Positions 40,716-42,060 of a stretch of DNA of 42,060 nt are shown here, in pieces. The notes beneath the pieces are model-generated. The model was not told the origin of the DNA and did not search any database. It saw only the letters and a program-made list of their open reading frames with translations. Location of the stretch: the NCBI RefSeq assembly GCF_006345805.1, contig NW_021835392.1, positions 1 to 42,060 of the forward strand, written 5' to 3'. How positions within the stretch are numbered: position 1 is the first letter of the stretch; every line of letters begins with the position of its first letter. Origin of the DNA: Octopus sinensis. Its lineage: Eukaryota. A program made the translations under genes and the position numbers.

Positions 40716-40959
40716 TATATATAATATAGACTGAGCGATAAATTTGTCGACAGTTTTAATACACAAAACTCAGTTAAAGTAATGTGTGTGTGTGTGTATG
40801 TGAGTGTTGTGTAATGTGATGTTTGTTGTGTGTGAGACAACTGACATGTCCTATAGTTATAGATTTCAGTTTCATTTTTTTCTCATACCATTCTGTCTTT
40901 AAAATATGTTTCTCCCTCCCTCCCTCTTCTCTGTCTGTGTGTCTATCTGTCTATTCCCC

Positions 40960-41001
<42 letters not shown>

Positions 41002-41490
41002 ATCTTCCTATTTCTTATGTCCTCTCCTACTTTCCGTTTATCATTCCTTCTATTTTCAGTGTTATATGTTACTACAGCTTAACTATATGTTGGGTCTTTT
41101 TTCTATTTCGCTTGTTGGTTTGTCTAGAATTTATCTGCAACTAACGTCTAACAGCACTTTTGCTCGTATACTATATCTCTTTGTGTCTTCTACGTCGTCG
41201 CGAATCCTATTAAAACTATCAGCCAAATCTCCTTCAAATCTCACCCTTTCTCTTAAATAAATGAAAAAAATTAGACGGTCACAGCTGAAACATTTCAACA
41301 AAGCTTGACTTCGACCTTAATAACAACCACTTCTCTTCTCTGCCTAGCATTATTTCTTAGTACTAAACGAATTCGCCTAATATCTGTCTCCGTTCTGTCT
41401 CCATTCACACACCCCTGCCGATCTCAGAATGACAATTGTTTTCTATTTCTTCATCACCACCATCCACATAGACTTTCTATTTTTACGTAC

Positions 41491-41544
41491 CTCATGACGA
41501 TGCAACAAATTTTCTTTATAATGTACAAGATCGCGGGTGCTCGG
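41491..41544 (-). CDS. Speculative upstream exon supplying ATG AG (start codon 41495-41493)
   Basis: Acceptor ttttaaacgcag, donor GAG|gtacgt, locally CpG-rich. Ends in phase 2, matching exon 7547-7665 to give [10 protein letters not shown]. Confidence 0.25.
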
Positions 41545-41748
41545 CTGCGTTTAAAATGTATCTCATCATCTTTAGGACACCCCGGAAATATATCACTTCG
41601 TTGTATAAAATACATTGTAATTCTGAGTTTCATGCTTATTTAAAATACATACTCAAGCAATCATCAAACAAAATATTGTTTAATTTCTGTAATTAACTGC
41701 AAACCACGGTTAGAATATATTTTTTATTACGGACTATCTATCTATCTA

Positions 41749-41785
<37 letters not shown>

Positions 41786-42060
41786 AGAGAGTAAGAGAGA
41801 GAGTATTCACTCTACCAACGTATTGAATTTCCTGTTTTCAAAGCACACACACACACACACATTCACATAACACATATAGAAAGATACATACATGCACACA
41901 TATACATATTGTGAATGTGTGTTCGTGGGGTGGGGTGCATTTGAACACGCTAGTTCGACAACTTTCTTTCTTCATTTTTTGTCTTGTCAACTTTTCACAT
42001 ACTCATGTACATCTAATAAGTGACACCTTTACCATCCTTGTTACAACGATATATATATAT

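Overview
AT-rich, microsatellite-dense eukaryotic DNA. The tRNA-derived SINE families point to an octopus genome (inference). Almost every ORF in the supplied track is a microsatellite artefact. Real content is a graveyard of decayed transposons: a full-length piggyBac with intact TTAA target duplications (15171-17413), two full-length mariners (28092-29366 minus, 38973-40221 plus) and a third mariner relic, a Tc2-like MITE, a Gypsy pol relic, four non-LTR fragments (RTE-like, CR1/L2-like, R4/Dong-like, Tx1/L1-like), and many copies of two SINE families. The most interesting non-TE signal is a chain of phase-compatible minus-strand GT-AG exons (41491-41544?, 7547-7665, 6622-6682, 5732-5750). 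They splice into a short Cys-rich, partly RING-like peptide that I do not recognise. If real, most of the window is one ~34 kb intron. Also notable: a 95-bp-arm foldback element, a template-switch double palindrome inside one SINE, and a TTAGGG-carrying element with inverted ends.
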